Source: Fimbriimonadales bacterium (lineage in GTDB: Bacteria > Armatimonadota > Fimbriimonadia > Fimbriimonadales > GBS-DC). From it: a stretch of DNA of 44,147 bases. A model generated the notes under the pieces. That model was given only the letters and a program-made list of their open reading frames with translations, had not been told where the DNA came from and searched no databases. The DNA lies in assembly GCA_046294565.1 (NCBI GenBank), contig JBKBKS010000002.1:1-44147 (forward strand), read 5' to 3'. A program made the position numbers and the translations under genes. Shown in pieces: positions 36,951 to 44,147 of this stretch. Position 1 is the stretch's first letter, and each line of letters starts with the position of its first letter.

Positions 36951-37727
36951 ATGGACTGGGTGAAGTTGTGGATGCCTGCTCACCCGATTGCGCAGGGGCT
37001 GGCGGCAGGCGTTTTTATCGTCTCGTTGAACCTGCTCGGCGCGTTGGCGATACTGTTCCTGCGTCATCCTTCCCCACGCGCTCAGGACACGATGCTCGGC
37101 TTCGCCGCGGGGGTGATGCTCGCCGCAAGTTTCACTAGCCTGATTCTGCCTGCCATCGAGCGCGGCGGCGCGCTGCCCGCGCTTGTGGGCGTCGGACTGG
37201 GCGCGCTGGCGATGGACTTGGCAGACCATCTGATTCCGCACCGCCATCCCGTACTGGGGCGCGAGGGGCTGGACAGCAAGCGCGTGCGCGCCGTGTGGCT
37301 ATTTATCATTGCTATCACGCTGCACAACGCGCCCGAAGGCTTAGCGGTTGGCGTGGCGTTCGGCGCGGGGCAGTTTCGCGAGGGCGTGCTGCTGATGCTG
37401 GCGATAGGCTTGCAGAACATTCCTGAAGGGCTGGCGGTTGCGCTCACGGCGGCGTCGGCAGGGTACGGCAAGCGGTTCTACGCCGTGTTTGTGGCGGCGC
37501 GCTCCGGGCTGGTGGAGCTGCCCGCCGCCGCGCTAGGCGCCGCGCTGGTATACGCACTCGCGCCGATTGTGCCCTACGCGATGGGCTTCGCCGCAGGCGC
37601 AATGCTCTACATCATCAGCGACGAAATCGTGCCCGAAACCCACCGCAAAGGACACGAACGCTGGGCGACCTTGGGACTCATCTTCGGACTGATGGTGATG
37701 CTCTACTTAGATGTGGCGTTAGGCTAA
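36951..37727 (+). CDS. zupT: ZIP-family divalent metal transporter
   Basis: The start was moved to the ATG at 36951, because the track's 5' extension is antisense to ymdB. 'LGFAAGVMLAASFTSLILP', 'ITLHNAPEGLAVGVAFG', 'GLQNIPEGLAVA'. It converges on galT with overlapping stop codons. Confidence 0.85.
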   Translation: MDWVKLWMPAHPIAQGLAAGVFIVSLNLLGALAILFLRHPSPRAQDTMLGFAAGVMLAASFTSLILPAIERGGALPALVGVGLGALAMDLADHLIPHRHPVLGREGLDSKRVRAVWLFIIAITLHNAPEGLAVGVAFGAGQFREGVLLMLAIGLQNIPEGLAVALTAASAGYGKRFYAVFVAARSGLVELPAAALGAALVYALAPIVPYAMGFAAGAMLYIISDEIVPETHRKGHERWATLGLIFGLMVMLYLDVALG

Positions 37728-38692
37728 CGCGCCTCGCGCAGCGCACGCGCCGTCTCCTCTGGCAGGGTGTCGTTGATGAACACCCCCGCGCCCGACTCGG
37801 AGCCTGCCAAGTATTTCAACTTGTCGCGCGTGCGGTGTGGTGGGTAGAACTCGATATGGAACTGCCAGTAGGGGTGTTCCGCGCCATCGGTGGGGCGCGG
37901 GTGCTGCGCCATAATATAGGGCATCGGGAAGCCCCACAGCGCGTCGTAGCGTTGTAGGGTGTCCTTGAGGATACATGCCAGCCCTGTCAAGTCGGCGTCG
38001 GTAAGGTCTAATAAATCGCGGCGCGGCGCTTCAGGAACCAAGTAGACCTCGTAGGGGTATCGCGCAAAGAAGGGCACGAACGCGACCCATCCCCCCGCGC
38101 GTTGCACGATGCGCCTGCCATCTTCCAACTCGTGGCGCGTAATCTCCAACAGCAGGTTGCCCCCCGTAGATGCGTAATGGCGGCGCATCGCGTCCAACTC
38201 GCGCTCAAGTTTGGGCGGTACGAACGGGTAGGCGTAGATTTGCCCGTGCGGATGGCTCAGCGTCACACCGATTTCGCGCCCCTTGTTCTCGAAGATGAAT
38301 ACATACTGCACCTCGGGTCGTGCGCCGAGCTCTGCGTAGCGGTCGCGCCACACATCGATGAGCCGCTCAATCTGCTCTGGGGGCAAATCGGTTAGGGTTG
38401 CGTGGTGGTCGGGCGTATACAGCACCACCTCGCACACCCCATACGACGGCTGCACGGGCGAGAAGGGCGTGGGTTCGACGGCGGGCGCGGGCGGCTCGTG
38501 CAACAGCGACGGAAAACGGTTCTCGAACACCACAATCTCGTAGGTCGGCTCTGGTACCTCCGTCGGATAGCCGTCGGGACGAGTAGGGCACAGTGGGCAA
38601 TATTCGGGCGGCGGATGGAAAGTGCGCTCCTGACGATGCGTCGCCGTGATGACCCACTCCTGCAGCAGCGGATGCCAGCGCAACTCGGACAT
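37724..38692 (-). CDS. galT: Galactose-1-phosphate uridylyltransferase
   Basis: The start was moved to the ATG at 38692 ('MSELRWHPLLQEWVI'). Zinc site 'YCPLCP', 'VVFENRFPSL', active site 'SHPHGQIYAYPFVP'. Confidence 0.9.
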   Translation of the reverse strand: MSELRWHPLLQEWVITATHRQERTFHPPPEYCPLCPTRPDGYPTEVPEPTYEIVVFENRFPSLLHEPPAPAVEPTPFSPVQPSYGVCEVVLYTPDHHATLTDLPPEQIERLIDVWRDRYAELGARPEVQYVFIFENKGREIGVTLSHPHGQIYAYPFVPPKLERELDAMRRHYASTGGNLLLEITRHELEDGRRIVQRAGGWVAFVPFFARYPYEVYLVPEAPRRDLLDLTDADLTGLACILKDTLQRYDALWGFPMPYIMAQHPRPTDGAEHPYWQFHIEFYPPHRTRDKLKYLAGSESGAGVFINDTLPEETARALREAR

Positions 38693-38708
38693 GCGCCAAT
38701 AGCATACC

Positions 38709-39521
38709 TCAGCTGAACAACATCTGCTCGTACAGCGCGGCTTGCTGCTGCGCATGCGCCTCGATAGAGGCTCGTTCCTGCTCGCCTAAGTAGACCAGCG
38801 CGGCGACCTCCGCAGGCGCGCCGCCCCCATGCGACCACGCCTCCGCCTGAAGCACCGCCGCCAGTAATCGGCGATTCTCACCGTCGGGCAAGCAAGGCGC
38901 ATGGTGATGCGCTATCGCCTGCACGATGCGCTCAGGCAACCGCCAGTAATCCGCAATCATCGCGCCCACATCCGCATGGTCGCACCCAAAAAGTTGCACC
39001 TCGTGTTCCAGACGCTCCGCCTCGTCGGCAATCGCCGTCAAGGGCTGATAACGCGCTTGGTATCGCGTCATCAGAAACAGCGCGCCGATGTCGTGGAGCA
39101 AGCCGACGATGTAGGCGTCCTCCGCGACCCTGACGCCCCATTTGCAAGTCAGGGCGATTGTGCGCGCACACAGAGCCGTATAGAAGGCGTGACGCCACAA
39201 GCCGCGCTCCATAGCACTGACGCCACGACCTGTTTGGAGCGCGCCCACCGCCGCCACGCTCAGCGCGATGCCTTTCACTGTCTGACTGCCCAGCACTAAC
39301 AGCGCGTGATGAATCGTGCTTATCTGCCGCTCCAGCCCATAGTATGCCGAGTTGGCTACCTGCAGCACGCGACCGCACATCACAGGGTCAGCCGTCATCA
39401 CCGCTTCAATCTGCTCGGTTGTCGCTGTGTCGCTCTCCAGCAGCTCCACCAAGCGCATCACTACCTTCGGCAGCGGGCGCAGCTGCTTCACCGCCTCCGC
39501 AACCTCTTGTCTCATAGCCAT
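38709..39521 (-). CDS. HDOD-domain signalling protein
   Basis: 270 aa. 'LPKVVMRLVELLESDTATTEQIEAVMTADPVMCGRVLQVANSAYYGLERQISTIHHALLVLG', 'GLLHDIGALFL', 'FGCDHADVGAMIADYW'. Confidence 0.85.
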   Translation of the reverse strand: MAMRQEVAEAVKQLRPLPKVVMRLVELLESDTATTEQIEAVMTADPVMCGRVLQVANSAYYGLERQISTIHHALLVLGSQTVKGIALSVAAVGALQTGRGVSAMERGLWRHAFYTALCARTIALTCKWGVRVAEDAYIVGLLHDIGALFLMTRYQARYQPLTAIADEAERLEHEVQLFGCDHADVGAMIADYWRLPERIVQAIAHHHAPCLPDGENRRLLAAVLQAEAWSHGGGAPAEVAALVYLGEQERASIEAHAQQQAALYEQMLFS

Positions 39522-39570
39522 CGATGCTCTCTCCGCCCCTACAAGGTATTATGGTGAGCGGCTCGAAAAA

Positions 39571-40305
39571 ATGCACGCGCATATCGGCGACTGGCGGTTA
39601 TTCAATCAGACGGCGCGTTGGGGGTTGACCCTCAGCGACGCGCAGACGCAGCGGCTCATCGAATATCTGGAACGCCTGTATGAGGTCAACCAGCAGATGA
39701 ACCTGACGCGCGTGCCGCCTGAGCAGGCAGTGGGTCGCCATGTGCTGGATTCGCTCTGCCTGCTCGGCGTCTACCCCATCCCCGAAGGCGCGCGCGTGTT
39801 GGACATCGGCTCCGGCGCAGGACTGCCGGGGATTCCGCTCGCGATAGCCCGCCCTGACTTGCAGTTAACTTTGCTGGATTCTCACGGCAAAACGATACAG
39901 TTTTTGAAAGAAACTTGCACTCTGTTGGGGTTAGGCGCGCAATCGGTACAGGTTCGCGCGGAGGATTGGGCGCACGCTCCTGAGGCTCGTGAACGGTACG
40001 ATTGCGTTGTGGCGCGCGCGGTCGCCAAGATGCCCGTGCTAACGGAGCTGATGACGCCGTTTCTGAAAATAGGCGGCGTCGGGCTTGCGCTCAAGAGCAT
40101 TCACGAACTCGAGGCGATTGAAGCTTCGCACAGAGCGGCGCAGACGCTCGGCGCAACGCTGGAAGTGCGAACCGTAGAGTTCGAGATGGAGACGGGCACG
40201 GTGCAACGCGCCATCGCCATCCTGCGCAAGCAGCGGTCGACGCCTGCACCGTACCCACGCGCGTGGGCGCAGATGCTCAAACGCCCCTTGGGAGGCAAGG
40301 CGTGA
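39571..40305 (+). CDS. rsmG: 16S rRNA (guanine527-N7)-methyltransferase RsmG (GidB)
   Basis: The start was moved to the ATG at 39571, because the track's 5' part is antisense to the HDOD gene. 'MNLTRV..EQAVGRHVLDSL', SAM motif 'VLDIGSGAGLPGIPLAI', 'LLDSHGKTIQFL', 'VVARAVAKM'. Confidence 0.9.
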   Translation: MHAHIGDWRLFNQTARWGLTLSDAQTQRLIEYLERLYEVNQQMNLTRVPPEQAVGRHVLDSLCLLGVYPIPEGARVLDIGSGAGLPGIPLAIARPDLQLTLLDSHGKTIQFLKETCTLLGLGAQSVQVRAEDWAHAPEARERYDCVVARAVAKMPVLTELMTPFLKIGGVGLALKSIHELEAIEASHRAAQTLGATLEVRTVEFEMETGTVQRAIAILRKQRSTPAPYPRAWAQMLKRPLGGKA

Positions 40306-41423
40306 ATATCGGCGTCGACGCGCGCTTGCTCACAGGCGCATATACAGGCGACCGCACCTACTGGCGCGGACTGCTGAAGCAGTTCGCCGAGTTGCTGAAC
40401 CCTACCGAGTACCGTCTGACGCTGTTCGCCACGCGCCCCATGCCCAGCGACGCGCTACCCGAATCGTCGCTGTATGCGTTCGTGGTCGCCCCCGCCCGCA
40501 ACGAGCGCCTCTGGAGCCTGTTCCAACTGCCCAAACTTGCCCAAGCGTACGCTTGCGACTTCATCCACACGCAATACACGGTGTCCCCGTTCTTCAAAAT
40601 CCCCGCCGTGACCACCGTGCATGACATCTCGTTCCTGATTGGACCGCAGTGGTTCCCTTTGAAAGATAGGATTTTGCTCAGGCTCACGGTTCCTGCGTCG
40701 TGTCGTCGGGCGCGGCGCGTATTGACCGTTTCGGAGACCTCGCGCGAGGATATGATTCGCGTGCTTCGCCTGCCCCCTGAGAAGATTATCGCGACTCCGA
40801 ACGGCTTGCCCGAGGGGTTCCACCCGATTCCCCGTGCGCAGGCGCAGGCGTGGGCGCGTGCGCATTACGGGCTTGAGCCGCCCTTCGCGTTGGCGGTCGG
40901 CGTGTTGCAACCGCGCAAGAACTGGGAACTCGCGCTGCTGGCAGTGCAGATGGCGCGTTCGCAGTACGAACTGCCGATACGGCTCGCGCTCACAGGCAAG
41001 TCGGGCTGGGCAAGACGTTCTCTCCAACGCGCCAAACGCGACCTGAACGCTCACGAGTGGCTAATCGAGACGGGTTATGTGCCCGACGAGCATCTCGTGT
41101 GGCTCTATAACGCCGCTGATGTGTTTTTGTATCCCTCATTTTACGAGGGGTTCGGTCTGCCTCCCTTAGAGGCGATGGCGTGCGGAACGCCAGTGATTGC
41201 CTCCAACGGCGGCGCACTGCCCGAAGTGGTCGGCTCAGGGGGCGTCCTGCTCCCGCCCGATGAACCGGGCTTGTGGGCGAACGCTATTCGGAGCATCCTC
41301 GTCTACGACGATTTCCGCGCGAGCCTCTGCGCGAAGGCGCGTCAGCAGGCAACGCGCTTCTCGTGGCGCAACACCGCCGAGCGCACTCTCCAAGCGTATC
41401 AGCAAGCCCTGCAGCACGACTGA
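40302..41423 (+). CDS. GT4-family (GT-B fold) glycosyltransferase
   Basis: The GTG at 40302 follows GGAGG (40291..40295) and overlaps the rsmG stop (GTGA). '[35 protein letters not shown]' is the E-x7-E retaining-GT signature. Confidence 0.9.
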   Translation: MNIGVDARLLTGAYTGDRTYWRGLLKQFAELLNPTEYRLTLFATRPMPSDALPESSLYAFVVAPARNERLWSLFQLPKLAQAYACDFIHTQYTVSPFFKIPAVTTVHDISFLIGPQWFPLKDRILLRLTVPASCRRARRVLTVSETSREDMIRVLRLPPEKIIATPNGLPEGFHPIPRAQAQAWARAHYGLEPPFALAVGVLQPRKNWELALLAVQMARSQYELPIRLALTGKSGWARRSLQRAKRDLNAHEWLIETGYVPDEHLVWLYNAADVFLYPSFYEGFGLPPLEAMACGTPVIASNGGALPEVVGSGGVLLPPDEPGLWANAIRSILVYDDFRASLCAKARQQATRFSWRNTAERTLQAYQQALQHD

Positions 41424-41426
41424 GAG

Positions 41427-41752
41427 TTTTCCACATCGATTGTGGAAAACTCTGTGGAAAACCCTGTGGAAAACGCCGCAACGCCGAGTTTTCCACAGAG
41501 TTTTCCACATGGTTTCCACAGTTTTCCACAGAGTTTTCCACATCGAACCCCCCCATTCTTAGCGTAGCTAATTAACTTGTGGGTTAGTAGACAAAAGTTT
41601 CAATTTGAGTTCAAAATTAGGGCTTCAGAGGGGCAAATTTTGTCGACCGCGCGGTCGAAGTAGACAAAGTTTTCCACATTTCCACATTGACCTATTAATA
41701 CCATGGATTCCTTAAATGCATGGAGATTCGAAATTCGATCGCGTGTGGAAAA
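41427..41752. other. Candidate chromosomal replication origin (oriC): 12 DnaA boxes flanking an AT-rich tract
   Basis: TTTTCCACA on the + strand at 41427, 41489, 41501, 41512 (gTTTCCACA), 41522, 41534, 41670 and 41678 (aTTTCCACA). TGTGGAAAA at 41441, 41453, 41465 and 41744. Hand count gives ~39% GC over 41561..41740. rsmG lies 1.1 kb upstream. Confidence 0.75.
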
Positions 41753-41965
41753 CTTTTACGCGCGTGCATTCTCACAAGGGGGCCGTGGACATCTATCAAG
41801 AGGTGCTATGTAGATTACGCGTCAAAACTGCAACTCTGCATCAGCGGTTGTCAAGAGGAGTTCGGGTTCGCGCGGCGCGTTGGCGCGTGATGATGCGAAC
41901 CAGTGCCAGGCGCGTACCCGCCGCTCAGTGGTAGCCTTAACAGCCTTTCTCGCTTAGCAATAGCC

Positions 41966-41994
41966 TGTCATGCCTCGTTTCGCTCGGCATGACA
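41966..41994. repeat. Single self-complementary family-1 repeat unit
   Basis: 'tgtcatgcctcgtttcgctcggcatgaca', with a 9-bp perfect stem tgtcatgcc/ggcatgaca, followed by 'aattttt'. Confidence 0.7.
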
Positions 41995-42224
41995 AATTTT
42001 TGGTGTGGACAGGCGTCAAGTCAGGCAATGCGCCTGTTCAATATACTGTGTACGGCGGCAACGCGAACGGCTGGCTTTGGACACGGACAGGCACGATTGC
42101 TTCCGGTGCAGGTCAGTGGTTCCGCGTATCTATCGAAATGCCGTACCGTACCGAGTGTTTGCGGATTGCGGTTTCAGGTGCGCCACAGCTGCTTCGAAGC
42201 AAGATTGTAGGGGTAAAGGGATGA
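41970..42224 (+). CDS. Small hypothetical protein, paralogue 1 of an unrecognised ~75-aa domain family
   Basis: 84-aa ORF 'LVWTGVKSGNAPVQYTVYGG...GQWFRVSIEMPYRTECLRIAVSGAPQLLRSKIVGVKG', similar to the next two genes. Its stop overlaps the next ATG (ATGA at 42221). The first 9 codons lie inside a repeat unit, so the true start may be the TTG at 42000 or the GTG at 42003. Confidence 0.55.
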   Translation: MPRFARHDKFLVWTGVKSGNAPVQYTVYGGNANGWLWTRTGTIASGAGQWFRVSIEMPYRTECLRIAVSGAPQLLRSKIVGVKG

Positions 42225-42745
42225 ATGATAGACATGACCCGATACGCATTACACGGCGTGAGTTGCTCAAGTGTGTACTGACCCTGCCCTTGAGTGTTGC
42301 GTGCGTAGGGTTGACGCCGCCGCGTGCACACGCCCAGCAGGATGGATTTGCTCCGCCTGAGTGGGAGTGGCTGTTATTGTGGGAAGGGCGTGCGCTTATC
42401 GGGCAACGCGCGTCCGAGTGGCGCGACATCACAGGCAATAACGCGAACGCCTTCGCCACATTACAACACGCCCTCCACTACTCGCAGCTGGTCTGGATGG
42501 GCTACACGATGCGAGGAGGGTATCTGGAATATCGTGTGCTGGCGCGCTCTGTCGGGTTCGAAGGCGTGCCATTGGGTGTCGGATGGTTTCAGGTCGCTCG
42601 GGGCACTCTTACTGCGCCAGCGCAACGCTGGTTTCGCGTTGCGTTCGACGCAGCGCACTGGGACGAGTATCGGGTCGAAGTGCGCAGCCGCTCCCCTCAG
42701 GTGCTGCATAGCCGCCTCTTAGGACGGCGCAACTATATGCCGTAG
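42221..42745 (+). CDS. Tat-signal-like secreted hypothetical protein, paralogue 2 (N-terminal extension plus the same C-terminal domain)
   Basis: The start is the ATG at 42221 within track ORF 42005..42745. 'RITRRELLKCVLTLPLSVACVGLTPPRAHAQQ' resembles a twin-arginine signal. The C-terminal domain is 'LVWMGYTMRGGYLEYRVLARSVGFEGVPLGVGWFQVARGTLTAPAQRWFRVAFDAAHWDEYRVEVRSRSPQVLHSRLLG'. Confidence 0.65.
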   Translation: MNDRHDPIRITRRELLKCVLTLPLSVACVGLTPPRAHAQQDGFAPPEWEWLLLWEGRALIGQRASEWRDITGNNANAFATLQHALHYSQLVWMGYTMRGGYLEYRVLARSVGFEGVPLGVGWFQVARGTLTAPAQRWFRVAFDAAHWDEYRVEVRSRSPQVLHSRLLGRRNYMP

Positions 42746-42772
42746 ATCTAAGCTGCTGCAGGAGGATACACG

Positions 42773-43071
42773 ATGCCAATACGCTTCTTGAAGCAGGACA
42801 GTACCACACCCTCCTCTGGACAGGCGTCAAAACAGGCGCCGCCGACATCAACTACATCATCCTCGCACGCACGACAGACCTCGACGGCAACCCGCTCTGG
42901 ACAGGATGGCTCCAAATCGCCACAGGAACCATCACAGGCGCACCGTACTCTTGGTTCCGCATCGCCGTCACTGCCCCCGAAGGGCTTTACTTCGACCAGT
43001 ACCGCATCGCCGTCAGCCAAGCCTCAGGCTCCCAAGCGCTCTACAATAAACTCGTGGGGGTGCGCCGATGA
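42773..43071 (+). pseudogene. Paralogue 3 of the same family; the domain is in a different frame from its only SD-preceded ATG (frameshifted or recoded)
   Basis: AGGAGG (42760..42765) plus the ATG at 42773 open frame A ('MPIRFLKQD', then S/T/P-rich off-frame-looking sequence). The homologous, GC3-rich sequence 'LLWTGVKTGAADINYIILARTTDLDGNPLWTGWLQIATGTITGAPYSWFRIAVTAPEGLYFDQYRIAVSQASGSQALYNKLVGVRR*' is in the -1 frame (open 42712..43071), which has no ATG/GTG/TTG before the domain. Confidence 0.5.
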
Positions 43072-44147
43072 GCGTTCTCGTCGCATCGGCTGACACCGCC
43101 ACTTGGTTCCCCATCGAACGCACGCTCCGCGCGCTCGGTATCCCCTTCACACGCGCGCTTATCACTGGGGGCGGATTCGCAACACCCACAGGCGTCATCG
43201 GTTGGAGCGACACCACCAATATGCGCAACTACCTGCGCCAGTTCCAAGCCGTGCTAATCTACGATAGACCAGACAACCTCAGCCAAGGCGACCGCGCTTC
43301 ACATCGCACTTGGGCGTGGCTCGCTTGGAACAACCCTGAAGACCCGCCCATCGCCTACTTCAATGTCAACATCCACAGCGCGCTCGCAGGTGCAAACCTC
43401 CCCACCGATTTCCCGCTCATCCGACCGAACATCGCCGACTTGGACAACACTGCGTTCCGCATGCAGCCCAACACCGCCAATGCAACTGCGGAACGGCACG
43501 GCGGCTGGCGCATACGACTGGAACGCGAGCGCGAGGAACTTTATACCCCTGCATACAGCACGCGCGTCTCCAACGGCGCGCTCTACGCCTACCTGTTAGA
43601 TGAAGCGAAACACAACGCGCTCGACGCAAACGGCGAGATAATCGCTCGCCCCATCGGCGAGGATATGACCGCGCCAAACAATGCCATCCTCGCCCACCGC
43701 TACCGCAAACACTACCTCATGCCGATGTTGGATACAGATTCCCGAGCAGGGTCATTCTGGCTCTTGTACGCGCTCAAGCTCTTGGGCGTCGCGCCCCAGC
43801 GCGCGCTCCCCGGTTTCCTCTGCATGGACGACGCGCTCACCGTCCACAACTTCGCAGGGCAAGCAGGACAACCCACACGCGCCCAGTTCGCCCATATCGC
43901 CCACGAGACCTACCGCTACCTCGCCTCAGAGCTCTACCCGCGCACGGGGTGCGCGATGGTCTGCGGGCTTTTTACTGGCGGACGCTATGGCAGGCAACCC
44001 GAACCAACCACAACAACCCTCCAGAACCACTGGGAACTGGTTATGCTCGGCAAATACCGCTCCGCTCCCGACACGCTTGCCGACTTGGAACCCGAAGCGC
44101 ACGCCAAGATTGTGGACTGGCACAACCTGCTCTTGCGCCATCACTAC
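43068..44147 (+). CDS. Hypothetical protein, 360+ aa, 3' end outside the window (absent from the supplied ORF track)
   Basis: Hand translation from the ATG at 43068 (ATGA overlap with the paralogue-3 stop) runs without a stop to the window end: 'MSVLVASADTATWFPIERTLRALGIPF...FLCMDDALTVHNFAGQ...DWHNLLLRHHY'. Third codon positions are strongly G/C. No family was recognised. Confidence 0.7.
   Translation, partial: MSVLVASADTATWFPIERTLRALGIPFTRALITGGGFATPTGVIGWSDTTNMRNYLRQFQAVLIYDRPDNLSQGDRASHRTWAWLAWNNPEDPPIAYFNVNIHSALAGANLPTDFPLIRPNIADLDNTAFRMQPNTANATAERHGGWRIRLEREREELYTPAYSTRVSNGALYAYLLDEAKHNALDANGEIIARPIGEDMTAPNNAILAHRYRKHYLMPMLDTDSRAGSFWLLYALKLLGVAPQRALPGFLCMDDALTVHNFAGQAGQPTRAQFAHIAHETYRYLASELYPRTGCAMVCGLFTGGRYGRQPEPTTTTLQNHWELVMLGKYRSAPDTLADLEPEAHAKIVDWHNLLLRHHY

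Noticed and set aside
41197-41575. Four overlapping ORFs (41197..41562, 41235..41543, 41273..41575, 41284..41556) with repetitive 'LWKTLWKTLWKT' / 'FHRVFHRVFH' / 'FSTEFSTEFST' translations.
   Set aside because: The repetition is the DnaA-box array (TTTTCCACA/TGTGGAAAA) read in different frames. There is no SD, all frames are open at once, and they run on from the glycosyltransferase 3' end. They are treated as non-coding origin DNA.
41716-41934. The 72-aa ORF 'MHGDSKFDRVWKTF...' between the origin boxes and the paralogue operon, and a possible structured RNA around the 'gggttcgcgcggcgcgttggcgcgtgatgatgcgaacc' hairpin (~41863..41900).
   Set aside because: The ORF starts inside the AT-rich origin tract, contains a DnaA box and is Arg-rich with no SD. 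The hairpin matched no RNA family I know. It is left unannotated, although the 200 bp at 41760..41965 remain unexplained and probably hold the promoter of the downstream operon.

Overview
High-GC (clearly >60% by eye) bacterial chromosomal window, densely coded on both strands with about 40 genes. No rRNA, tRNA, CRISPR array or intact mobile element was recognised. The phylum cannot be determined from the window. Dockerin-like secreted proteins, TTTTCCACA-type DnaA boxes and abundant REP-like palindromes weakly suggest an Armatimonadota/Chloroflexota-like terrabacterium.

Content:
- Housekeeping genes: ychF, alaS, metY, rsmG, phr, ymdB, zupT.
- Sugar and envelope genes: galE, galT, a GT4 glycosyltransferase, a YfhO-like membrane protein, an FGGY kinase.
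- Two long acyl-CoA dehydrogenases and a tryptophanase-family lyase.
- An MCP with an extended hairpin.
- A compact cheC-cheD-cheB-cheR-cheY-cheX operon that lacks cheA and cheW.
- A tightly overlapping operon of pentaheme cytochrome c, a small beta-rich secreted protein and a DUF2752 protein.
- An orphan Pup-ligase/Dop-family gene, an orphan spoVR, and a CcrM-like methyltransferase remnant.

Most notable observations:
1. A cluster of 12 DnaA boxes plus a ~40% GC unwinding-type tract at 41427..41752, 1.1 kb downstream of rsmG. This is a candidate oriC with no dnaA or dnaN in view.
2. Immediately downstream of it, a translationally coupled operon of three tandem paralogous small proteins of an unrecognised ~75-aa 'WTGVK...WFR...YR' domain. 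One copy has a Tat-like signal and one needs a frameshift. They are followed by a 360+ aa ORF that is missing from the supplied ORF track.
3. The Pup-ligase homologue, which has no Pup/UBact, proteasome or ATPase partner nearby.
4. Two families of dispersed palindromic repeats that fill most intergenic gaps and generate spurious ORFs.

Many long ORFs in the track are GC-driven antisense shadows or 5'-overextended, so starts were re-called from Shine-Dalgarno context.
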